DNA from: a virus
Taxonomy: Duplodnaviria > Heunggongvirae > Uroviricota > Caudoviricetes
DNA length: 47,118 bases
Virus record (IMG/VR): IMGVR_UViG_2634166512_000003
Reading direction: 5' to 3' (one strand)
The translations under genes and the position numbers were made by a program. Each line of letters begins with the position of its first letter. Positions within the stretch are counted from its first letter, which is position 1. This document shows, piece by piece, positions 18,665 to 26,519 of this stretch. Under the pieces are notes generated by a model. The model was not told the origin of the DNA. It did not search any database and saw only the letters and a program-made list of their open reading frames with translations.

Positions 18665-18722
18665 GCTTCTGGAACACAGCAGACAAGCACCTGCAGATAA
18701 AGGTCTGCTGAGAGCGAGAAGC
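18665..18722 (+). other. nested inverted-repeat element (possible structured RNA) in intergenic gap
   Basis: GCTTCT...AGAAGC outer stem enclosing CAGCAGAC...GTCTGCTG inner 8-bp stem with 18-nt loop. Confidence 0.3.
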
Positions 18723-18859
18723 GGATCATACGTTGGAAGTTGTTTAGGCAAATACGTTATAAACGTATTTGATTAAATTTACTTGGATCATAGTCTTCAA
18801 TAACGCTTTATTATATTGTTTTTCATGCAGCAAACAGGTTCACAGGTAGGTAATAAGCT

Positions 18860-19264
18860 ATGAGTGGATGGAAAGAGCCTTTTACATTAGCAGAACAGAT
18901 ACAATTAGCATTAAATTTAGGTTATGAGGCTGTACCAGATGAAGAGGCATATACTGGGGCATACTTCATTAAAGGTGGTAAGAAGTGGATCTTTAACATC
19001 ATCGGTCTCAAAAAGACATTGAATATATCTTCAGATGATGAACTAAGAGGGCAGGATTATGATGTTGATATGTATTTCGAAATTCGCCAAAATTGGGCAC
19101 AATACCAAGATATGATCTTTGGAAGCGAAGATATCACTCCTTCACCTAAAAATGAACTTACTTCAATTTACCATGACCTGCAGGTAACGGATGAACCCAG
19201 GGAAATGGTGTATCTTTCTGATGGGATGTGGCTGGCTCCCAACGGACGAATTGTACAACGATAG
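18860..19264 (+). CDS. hypothetical protein (134 aa), possible partner of T5orf172-like protein
   Basis: Co-oriented ORF downstream in the same AT-rich island. Confidence 0.45.
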   Translation: MSGWKEPFTLAEQIQLALNLGYEAVPDEEAYTGAYFIKGGKKWIFNIIGLKKTLNISSDDELRGQDYDVDMYFEIRQNWAQYQDMIFGSEDITPSPKNELTSIYHDLQVTDEPREMVYLSDGMWLAPNGRIVQR

Positions 19265-19373
19265 CACTCGAACACACTCAGTAATCGTCTATAAGGCCAG
19301 CACTTGTTACTTGGTCATTTGGGGTTGCTGGTCTTCTCCATTAAATCGACTAAAGTCTGTTCCATAGAGAGAG

Positions 19374-19979
19374 TTACTTGCGTTTAAAAAGGTATTTTGT
19401 CACGACCAGCACGAGGCCGAATACCTCTGTCAAAGTACCGCCCATGTACAACTGTAGTGTTAAATCCTCAAATTCCAGCTTACCTGCGCCGTCGGCAATA
19501 AATACACCATTCATTATCAGAAGTTGGCAAGCAAGGATAATCAGGAACCATTTCCCGTATCGTTTTTTTAGAGCGATTTCTGCTTCAAAATCTTTGTTGT
19601 TGAGTTGTTTGCGCTCATGCTCGGTATCAAGTGAATTCACCTGTTTCACAGATGTGAACTCGGTCAAGATTTTACTCTCAGTACGGGTGACTTGTTGAGA
19701 GGGTGTAACAGTTGGAATTCTTTTGCTAGACGCAGCTACAGCCATTTTGCGAGCTTCGGCAGCTCTTTTTCTGGCTATTCCGCGAATACGGACAGCCGTT
19801 TTTTTGGGGGCGTGCGAAACCTTTGGCTGAGGTGAAGTTTCGTCAGGAGACTGAACCGGGGTTTCATCGTCCCCCGGCTCAACCTCTTCTGCTAACTGAC
19901 GGTGTAGGTTGAGGGAATCCTTCAGTCGGCGTGCAACTTCCTGTTTGAAACGGCTGTTAAAATCGTCATCCGATGGCAT
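19374..19979 (-). CDS. Lys/Arg-rich protein with two C-terminal transmembrane helices
   Basis: Hydrophobic segments WFLIILACQLLIMNGVFIA and LTEVFGLVLVVTKYLF near the C-terminus; start 10 nt after ImmA-like stop; 3' end coincides with repeat copy B. Confidence 0.55.
   Translation of the reverse strand: MPSDDDFNSRFKQEVARRLKDSLNLHRQLAEEVEPGDDETPVQSPDETSPQPKVSHAPKKTAVRIRGIARKRAAEARKMAVAASSKRIPTVTPSQQVTRTESKILTEFTSVKQVNSLDTEHERKQLNNKDFEAEIALKKRYGKWFLIILACQLLIMNGVFIADGAGKLEFEDLTLQLYMGGTLTEVFGLVLVVTKYLFKRK
19384..19454. repeat. copy B of about 70-bp direct repeat (coding 3' end of the 19374..19979 gene)
   Basis: Near-identical to 15783..15852. Confidence 0.8.
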
Positions 19980-19988
19980 TCTAAAGCG

Positions 19989-20477
19989 TTACCCCAACCT
20001 CAAGTTCTTTAAACGATAAGTCATCGCATCGTCAGATACGCCAAAATAATGCGCCATTATATAACTTGGTTGGCCGTCAGCGTGCAGTTTTCTGACCTCA
20101 TCAACCGGCATCAGAAGTTCTGCTGCGAACTTGTTCGCAAAAATTTCATCAGGATGCGTTCCGGCGCTTGCGGTTTCGCCACGTAAATCAACGTACTCAT
20201 ATTCATCACTATGCGATGCTTGCCGGGCGATGTAATGCCCCAACTCATGCCCACATGAAAAACGTTGACGAACTTTGTTGTCATCACTGTTTAGAAAGAT
20301 CGCTGGATCTTGATCTTTTTGTTTAATCAGTGCGCCAGAAACTTTCCCAGGAAGATCGGTAATAAAAACATCTAATCCCATGTCGTGAGCAATTTTCGCT
20401 GGATCAACAGGGAAACCACGCCCGCACCAGAACGTGTCCAGCACTCGCCGGGCGTGCTCTCTTGGGTTGGTAGCCAT
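19989..20477 (-). CDS. ImmA/IrrE-family metallopeptidase
   Basis: HELGHY zinc-binding HEXXH motif in a 162-aa protein; GGAG RBS upstream. Confidence 0.7.
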   Translation of the reverse strand: MATNPREHARRVLDTFWCGRGFPVDPAKIAHDMGLDVFITDLPGKVSGALIKQKDQDPAIFLNSDDNKVRQRFSCGHELGHYIARQASHSDEYEYVDLRGETASAGTHPDEIFANKFAAELLMPVDEVRKLHADGQPSYIMAHYFGVSDDAMTYRLKNLRLG

Positions 20478-21044
20478 AGCTCCTCCAGTTACTGCATTAC
20501 GATTGTTGGTCGAAATATAGACAACATGTTCCGTACCACTTTCCTGTGAAAGTGCAAATTCTGCACTTCTGGTACGATATTAACTGTTAGTAGTAAAGTC
20601 TTCCAGATAAATCACTTTAAAATCTTGTGAATTGCTTGCTTTTTACGCTGCATTGTGGATGGCTCAATGTTTCCAGTAAAAACATACATGATAATCATGA
20701 CATTAGTGGTTTTTTAAGCGTCCATATGTTTCTTAAAAAAATGGATGCCACAAGAGGCCAGATGAGAACGGAAAGGGAAGGCTATTACATGTGTGATTTA
20801 TTACATCTGTAAAAAAATACAGATCTAACTTGATCTTTTCATTGAAGTTTTTCTTGGTCCTGGATAGGATCTGGAGGTTGCGAAGTTTTTAGAGTCGCAT
20901 CAAAGGGAAAGCCCTGACAGCGCCAACTGTCAGGGCCATACAAAAACATCGGTTAATGCTTTCGTTGAGATCTCGGTTTGGGAGATTACCTCAACCGGGA
21001 TCCCGTGTAAAGCATTCATTACCGAAAATGATATAGGTCAATGA

Positions 21045-21323
21045 ATGAAACACATCTGTAAAAAGTCACATCGTCACGACAGTATGTTTGATGTTCTTTC
21101 TGCAAATCAGGGTAACGTTGGGCGGCACAAGTGTTGTGGATGTGCCTATGATAAAGGTATGTGGCATGCATTAATCGGCGTTCCGCGTGCGGTTGATGAC
21201 TCTGTTTTAGGTGATTTACCCGAAAGCCAGGCTGGGCATGTCCGTCATAAAGATGCTTTTGAAGCATATAATATGGGCTATGACCATGGGATGCATAAAA
21301 AAGCCTACGGTATGGCCTCATAA
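21045..21323 (+). CDS. hypothetical Cys/His-rich small protein
   Basis: ORF followed by a strong intrinsic terminator; true start may be internal. Confidence 0.35.
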   Translation: MKHICKKSHRHDSMFDVLSANQGNVGRHKCCGCAYDKGMWHALIGVPRAVDDSVLGDLPESQAGHVRHKDAFEAYNMGYDHGMHKKAYGMAS

Positions 21324-21345
21324 TCTGGTGCAAATGAATAACTAA

Positions 21346-21370
21346 CCCGCTTCGGCGGGTTTTCTTTTTT
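21346..21370 (+). terminator. rho-independent terminator
   Basis: CCCGC-TTCG-GCGGG hairpin followed by TTTTCTTTTTT. Confidence 0.6.
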
Positions 21371-21441
21371 ATAGAACCCTGCGATGTGAAAACGAATAAT
21401 AAATTTTGCAAATAATGCAGTTTTTATTATTCGAGGTAATT

Positions 21442-22083
21442 ATGAAAACCTTCTATGAGGACTGGCCTGAAACTTTCGTTAGCCGATTAGATATGTTACG
21501 AGCTCTGGATGATCGCGGCTCGACCCGGAGGCTCTATCTTGAGCGGACCGGGGCAATATTTGACGCTCTGGCAGAAGAGATACGTACAGCCGTTGCCGGG
21601 CATCCTGAAATCGACGTGAGTGAACTTGATATCGGGCCGCTGTATCGCTATTACAAACGTGGAGAAAAGGGGAATCCGCTGGCTGACTTACTTATTGAGT
21701 TGGCTCCACCAACTTGTGAACGGGTTCGTATATCTCCTGAAGTGTACACAATCCCGTATCTGTTTTTTGCACTGTTGATAGCGCAAGGCGCTGACAACGA
21801 TGCCCGCGATTTTTTCAATATGATGATGCGACCGTTGATCATCGCCTACCGTTTCAAACAACTGGCGCGCTACCTTGGCACGAAGGGCGGAGGACGACCA
21901 CAGCACAGATTAAAAAGCGAAGCCATTGAACTGGCTGATCGTTTTTTTACTGAAAACCCGACAGCGCCATTATCGCGTGGTGTGCAATACATATCCGGTA
22001 TTTTTGTGGCGAAATACTCTGACCCACCTGCAGCGTCGACGATTAGAAAATGGTTAATTTCAATTTACAGGAGTGATAAATAA
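21442..22083 (+). CDS. hypothetical phage protein
   Basis: ATG at 21442 with GAGG RBS preferred over ORF-track start at 21406, which lies inside an upstream inverted repeat. Confidence 0.45.
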   Translation: MKTFYEDWPETFVSRLDMLRALDDRGSTRRLYLERTGAIFDALAEEIRTAVAGHPEIDVSELDIGPLYRYYKRGEKGNPLADLLIELAPPTCERVRISPEVYTIPYLFFALLIAQGADNDARDFFNMMMRPLIIAYRFKQLARYLGTKGGGRPQHRLKSEAIELADRFFTENPTAPLSRGVQYISGIFVAKYSDPPAASTIRKWLISIYRSDK

Positions 22084-22196
22084 TGACCATAAACGGTTTA
22101 ATCCCCTATAAAACCGTTTAATAAAATTCACGACGTGAATATAATTGTTCATTATTCCCTCATTGTATTTGGCGTTATGACAAATGCCATAAAATA

Positions 22197-22212
22197 CTGT
22201 ATAAATGTACAG
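22197..22212. promoter_or_regulatory. LexA box (SOS operator) overlapping a promoter -10 element
   Basis: CTGTATAAATGTACAG fits CTGT-N8-ACAG with AT-rich centre; TATAAA inside the box and ATGACA 17 bp upstream resemble -10/-35. Confidence 0.6.
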
Positions 22213-22234
22213 GTAATGGCGTTAGGGGGAAGAC

Positions 22235-22414
22235 ATGAATATTCAAGAATCTATAGGCGAACTACCGGAAACATGCCGGGCTGTTATCAAGCGTAAGGAC
22301 GGACACATCGTTGGTGTGCGTGTTCTGACCGATGATGAACGGATTGCCAGCCTGATGGCGTTTCTCGAGTTGGCAGAAATAGCTGGATATACTATTACAC
22401 CCCCTGATGCGTAA
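22235..22414 (+). CDS. small SOS-regulated protein (59 aa), candidate antirepressor
   Basis: ATG 22 nt downstream of the LexA box with AGGGGGA RBS; below the 60-aa ORF-track threshold; function inferred from context only. Confidence 0.45.
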   Translation: MNIQESIGELPETCRAVIKRKDGHIVGVRVLTDDERIASLMAFLELAEIAGYTITPPDA

Positions 22415-22490
22415 AACACGGTATAATGTCGGTGCTGGATTGAACACCCAGCACCACTTCTGAACACTGCCGCGCCACCTGGAGTTAACC

Positions 22491-23087
22491 ATGGCGCAGC
22501 ATTCATTTATCAGGGTATCCGGCGGTTCGCTAATACCCGCGACACCAGACACGCAACGCTGGTTGACTGAACGAGTCAAACCAGGTGCTGTTGTGTATGC
22601 AGATTTCAAACAGGCGCGTAATCCCGCGTTTCATCGTAAATTTTTCTCACTTCTCAACCTGGGCTTTGATTACTGGCATCCCTCCGGAGGGGCTATTTCT
22701 CCTGCGGAGCGCGAACTGGTTCACGGATACGTTAAGTTACTGGCGTATTACGGTGGGCATGGTGATGTCATGGCTGAGCTGGCTGATCAGTATCTTCTCG
22801 ATGAGTCGGAAAAGCGCGCGGGGAATATCAGTGCGGTGAAGTCGTTCGAGGCGTTTCGCGCCTGGGCGACTATGGAATCTGGATTTTATGACGTTCATCA
22901 GATGCCAGATGGTAGTTTGATGCGTGTACCTCGTTCAATCTCGTTTGCTGCGATGGACGATCTTGAGTTCGGTCAACTGTATTCAGCCGTTTTAGATGTG
23001 CTGTGGAATTATATTTTGTTCCGCACGTTTGCCTCTCAGGAGGCCGCTGAAAATGCTGCCGCGCAGCTGTTGGATTACACATCATGA
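22491..23087 (+). CDS. nin-region phage protein (DUF1367-like)
   Basis: 198-aa ORF directly upstream of YbcO-like gene with ATGA overlap; family assignment tentative. Confidence 0.45.
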   Translation: MAQHSFIRVSGGSLIPATPDTQRWLTERVKPGAVVYADFKQARNPAFHRKFFSLLNLGFDYWHPSGGAISPAERELVHGYVKLLAYYGGHGDVMAELADQYLLDESEKRAGNISAVKSFEAFRAWATMESGFYDVHQMPDGSLMRVPRSISFAAMDDLEFGQLYSAVLDVLWNYILFRTFASQEAAENAAAQLLDYTS

Positions 23088-23377
23088 AAAAAATCGACCT
23101 GAGAAAAGCTGCACGTGGTCGCGCTTGTACTGTGCGTATCCCCGGTGTGTGCAATCACAATCCTGAAACCAGCGTACTGGCTCATTATCGTCTCGCCGGA
23201 ACGTGCGGCACAGCCATCAAACCTCACGATATGCAGGGCGCTATCGCCTGCAGTGCGTGTCACGATGCCATCGACGGACGTACAAAAACGGATTACGAGC
23301 ACGACTCATTGTTGTTGATGCACGCTGAGGGAGTTTTCAGAACACTGGCTATCTGGCGCGATGAGGAGTTTATCTGA
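23084..23377 (+). CDS. ybcO: YbcO-like DUF1364 protein (putative nuclease)
   Basis: LRKAARGRACTVRIPGVCNHNPETSVLAHYRLAG...AIACSACHD closely resembles recalled E. coli YbcO. Confidence 0.7.
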   Translation: MKKIDLRKAARGRACTVRIPGVCNHNPETSVLAHYRLAGTCGTAIKPHDMQGAIACSACHDAIDGRTKTDYEHDSLLLMHAEGVFRTLAIWRDEEFI

Positions 23378-24048
23378 TGAGTAACGAGTATTTATTGGAA
23401 TATACCCGCATAAAACTGCGCGCTGCATTACGGGATTTGTCTGGTGGTTCTAAGGGGCAACTGGAAGCATTGTGTGAGCACCCGCCAGCAGATAAAAACG
23501 CATACCCACGCAAACATATTCATCGTGTGCAACTGGAGGACCGGACCGTTGATGCTCTGGTTACGCCAGTTTATGCCCTGGAAAGTTTCAGCAGACGTCG
23601 TCCCGCGCCGCCGATGAATGATTATGAATTCGCTGATTCATCGTGGCGCCGCGCCGTGAATTCGCTCGACGTTAGCCAGCAGGCGTGGTTGCGCTATTGC
23701 TACGGTGGTCACCTGGCGTTCAAACACCAAACAGCTATTTGTGAGGCTGTCTGGAGTCGCTATAAAGGACACATCCCCGCGTCAACTCAGAGAAAAGTAG
23801 CTAAGCGTCTGCTTTCGTTGGTGTGGTTGTCCGTGCAGGCGGTTGCAGCAGCAAATAAACGCGAGGATTTTAAGGAGATGGCTGGATCTGCGCTAGCTGG
23901 AATGTTGTCTGTTTCTCGTTCCACCTGGTGCGAAACATACTCCCCGCACTGGGTAGGAATGAAAGAGGCGGTGAGAGCACTTGATGAAATGGCACTTCTT
24001 GCAACTTTGCATCATTATCAAAACCATTTAGACGACGTTTGCGTATAA
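23377..24048 (+). CDS. late-gene antiterminator Q-like protein
   Basis: 223-aa Cys-containing protein located between nin-type genes and the lysis cassette, followed by a terminator-like hairpin; assignment mainly by synteny. Confidence 0.5.
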   Translation: MSNEYLLEYTRIKLRAALRDLSGGSKGQLEALCEHPPADKNAYPRKHIHRVQLEDRTVDALVTPVYALESFSRRRPAPPMNDYEFADSSWRRAVNSLDVSQQAWLRYCYGGHLAFKHQTAICEAVWSRYKGHIPASTQRKVAKRLLSLVWLSVQAVAAANKREDFKEMAGSALAGMLSVSRSTWCETYSPHWVGMKEAVRALDEMALLATLHHYQNHLDDVCV

Positions 24049-24116
24049 TGCTTGCAAAACCGAACAAAACAGGCCATATTAAACGCTAATTTGGTATGTT
24101 GCCAAATTTCTAAGAA

Positions 24117-24143
24117 CCTCGCCACGGCGGGGTTTTGTCGTTT
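24117..24143 (+). terminator. tR'-like terminator between Q-like gene and lysis genes
   Basis: CCTCGC-CACG-GCGGGG hairpin (one G-U pair) followed by TTTTGTCGTTT. Confidence 0.4.
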
Positions 24144-24160
24144 CTGAATCAGGAAAAATC

Positions 24161-24544
24161 ATGTCTGAACCTCTAACCGCTGGCGTTGCTGCTGGCTCGG
24201 CGGGGGTGACGTTTGCTGCGTTATTTCCTGAGGCAACACCTGCAGTGATGATCTGTGCGCTGGCTGGCGCAGCTCTCTATGTGTTGTCGTCCGGGCAGCA
24301 TCGATTCTGGAAGCAGGTTATTTTCGCACTCATTTCGTTTGTTGGCGGTGTGTATTGCGCTGAGACAGCGTCAGCCATCATTACCGGTATTCTGAACGCG
24401 GTGCTGAGTCACCTGAACCCTCCCGTAACAGTAAAAGTCTCTCCCGCCATTGGTGCACTGGTTGCATCAGTAATCAGCGTTACATCACTGTTGCGGATCA
24501 TGTCACAAGCTCGTTTATGGAAATCAGATAAGGGGATGAAATAA
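24161..24544 (+). CDS. holin (multi-pass membrane protein)
   Basis: 127-aa protein with several hydrophobic helices, first gene after the late terminator. Confidence 0.55.
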   Translation: MSEPLTAGVAAGSAGVTFAALFPEATPAVMICALAGAALYVLSSGQHRFWKQVIFALISFVGGVYCAETASAIITGILNAVLSHLNPPVTVKVSPAIGALVASVISVTSLLRIMSQARLWKSDKGMK

Positions 24545-24828
24545 TGACCCTGCACTCTGTCCTCATTAATGCCAATGCAATTATCTGTCTGATGCTGGCA
24601 CTGCGGTTGATGTTTTTTCAAAAAACAGGCCGCTATCGTTTTTTCATCTCACTAACTGCTTACCTGGCGATTCTGTCTGCTGCGTGGATAGCCCTACGAA
24701 TTTTTTACGGGAAATACACGCAGGTTGATCCCGCAGAGTTCTTTCTCAATCTCACCATCTGTATTGCTGTCTGGCGGGCACGAGGGAATATTTCAAAAAT
24801 AACAGGAGACAGGTATGACCGATCCTAA
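24544..24828 (+). CDS. holin/antiholin-like small membrane protein
   Basis: 94-aa hydrophobic protein overlapping neighbours within the lysis cassette. Confidence 0.4.
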   Translation: MTLHSVLINANAIICLMLALRLMFFQKTGRYRFFISLTAYLAILSAAWIALRIFYGKYTQVDPAEFFLNLTICIAVWRARGNISKITGDRYDRS

Positions 24829-25294
24829 ATGGCTAATTGAGGCACGAAAAAATCTCGGCATTCGGGAAATGAAAGGGAAGCAACATGCTGCAGAAATTGT
24901 GCAGTACTGGAAAGATATCAAACGCGGCGGCATTAAGGATGATGAAACCCCGTGGTGCGCTGCCTTCACCGGAGCAATGCTGGAACGTGTAGGTATTCGC
25001 TCAACGCGTTTTGAGTCTGCGAATTCTTATCTCGATTGGGGTAATGAACTGAAGGAACCCGCCTATGGATGCATTGCTATTCTGTCTCGGTCTGGCGGTG
25101 GTCACGTTGGCTTTGTTGTCGGGAAAAATGCCGCCGGGGATTTAATGATTTTGGGTGGTAACCAGGCAGATGAAGTAAATATCAAAGCTTTTCCTCGTTC
25201 CCGCGTAACAGGCTACCGCTGGCCAGCAGGCCAAACTGATGTTCCACAATCACTTCCATTCGTGAATGCTGAGAAATCTATCTCAGAAGCGTAG
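24815..25294 (+). CDS. endolysin, Cys-His peptidase type (TIGR02594-like)
   Basis: PWCAAF cysteine and GGHVGFVVG histidine regions typical of NlpC/P60- or CHAP-like lysins as recalled; position in lysis cassette. Confidence 0.6.
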   Translation: MTDPKWLIEARKNLGIREMKGKQHAAEIVQYWKDIKRGGIKDDETPWCAAFTGAMLERVGIRSTRFESANSYLDWGNELKEPAYGCIAILSRSGGGHVGFVVGKNAAGDLMILGGNQADEVNIKAFPRSRVTGYRWPAGQTDVPQSLPFVNAEKSISEA

Positions 25295-25301
25295 GTAAAA
25301 C

Positions 25302-25496
25302 GTGAAAAAACTTCTCTTAGCTGTCGCGTTCTTCACGCTGGCAGGCTGCACACATTCGACATACACCGAAGCGACTCGCGCTGACGACAGCAGTATTAAA
25401 CACGTGACGATCGCGCCGGGTACGAAGATTACAACAGCGAACGGTGGTTGTATTGATTCAACCGGGGCAGTGGCTTCATGCCCCGTTGGAAAATAG
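25302..25496 (+). CDS. small lipoprotein (possible outer-membrane spanin component)
   Basis: Signal peptide with lipobox LAGC; 64 aa; follows endolysin. Confidence 0.45.
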   Translation: MKKLLLAVAFFTLAGCTHSTYTEATRADDSSIKHVTIAPGTKITTANGGCIDSTGAVASCPVGK

Positions 25497-25634
25497 GGTA
25501 ATTTATCTTAATGAATTGACGATTGGTCATTTGGCCCAGGCAACCTGACCACACAAAGGTGCTAAAGACAGAATCATAAATATGACATATTTTTAAATGC
25601 CGATTTAACTGGGTATTTTTTAATAGGAAATTAT

Positions 25635-25913
25635 ATGTCACAGTTTTTGTTCGTTGGTGGGCCTTTTCACGGTCGTGTTGAAGACATTTATTCTAATTCC
25701 GCTATTGAACCCGTAGGTAGCACGGAGTTAAGGGTTTCTGTGGGGGATGAGGTAGTAATTTATGAACGCTCCGATTTTAGTCGATGGAATGGACCGCATT
25801 ATCGCGTTGCAGTTGCAAATGGCGCGAGTGAGTTAATTCCTCAGACTATCGACGAGATGAATTATCACACATCTAAAATTTCTCCTATTTCGAAAGTTAC
25901 TAGCACTGACTAA
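25635..25913 (+). CDS. hypothetical protein
   Basis: ORF only. Confidence 0.35.
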   Translation: MSQFLFVGGPFHGRVEDIYSNSAIEPVGSTELRVSVGDEVVIYERSDFSRWNGPHYRVAVANGASELIPQTIDEMNYHTSKISPISKVTSTD

Positions 25914-26251
25914 TAGCCCGGATAGTGACCTTCAAAGATGTGCACGGGATGTTTTGTACGTGCATATTCAGCAAGGATTTTGTTTGTTAAAGGTGTCTTG
26001 AGTGTTGTTGGCTCTTTTAATAGATCGATGGCATCAAGACGCCTTAGTGCATCGCCCTTCAGATAATTTATCGTAATGGTTGTGATTAAAAAATCACCGC
26101 AAAAACCACTGCAATGAATTTTCCAGCACGTATCGTGATTTGTCCATGTGGCATCAGAGCCGCATACAGGGCAATTTTTTGATTCCTGCATACCAATAAC
26201 CATAGAGCATTTCTCTTCATTGAATGTTCGAGTTAAAAGCATAGACGACAT
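25910..26251 (-). CDS. hypothetical Cys-rich protein (possible zinc ribbon)
   Basis: CPVCGS...CWKIHCSGFCGD cysteine cluster; minus-strand gene in AT-rich segment. Confidence 0.35.
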   Translation of the reverse strand: MSSMLLTRTFNEEKCSMVIGMQESKNCPVCGSDATWTNHDTCWKIHCSGFCGDFLITTITINYLKGDALRRLDAIDLLKEPTTLKTPLTNKILAEYARTKHPVHIFEGHYPGY

Positions 26252-26281
26252 CTGGGCACCATGAGAATACAGTAGGATTTA

Positions 26282-26452
26282 ATTACATGAGCTAACCGGG
26301 ACTGGGCTTGAGCTTCAGAAGCGATTCCTGTCCGAGTACGTCAAATCATGTGTATCACCGAAAGAATGGTGTGACGCGCAGGGACTGAGCTTCGCAACAG
26401 CTCGCCGACGTATAAAAAACAACTGCGCAATGTGCCAAAGAGCTGGTGGCTG
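26282..26452 (+). pseudogene. remnant of a terminase small-subunit-like N-terminus (no start codon)
   Basis: Open frame ELQKRFLSEYVKS...EWCDAQGLSFATARRRIKN resembles recalled HTH N-termini of terminase small subunits; frame opens directly after a stop with no ATG/GTG/TTG. Confidence 0.3.
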
Positions 26453-26519
26453 ATGAAAGAGACGCTTTACTTAAACGAGAGGCCGCCTTTTTGTTTTAAG
26501 GCGGCACACATTCAACAGG

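Noticed and set aside
20627-20812. 61-aa ORF upstream of the ImmA-like operon as its missing HTH partner
   Set aside because: No helix-turn-helix-like sequence, no RBS, and hydrophobic/Cys-rich composition; more likely non-coding promoter region.
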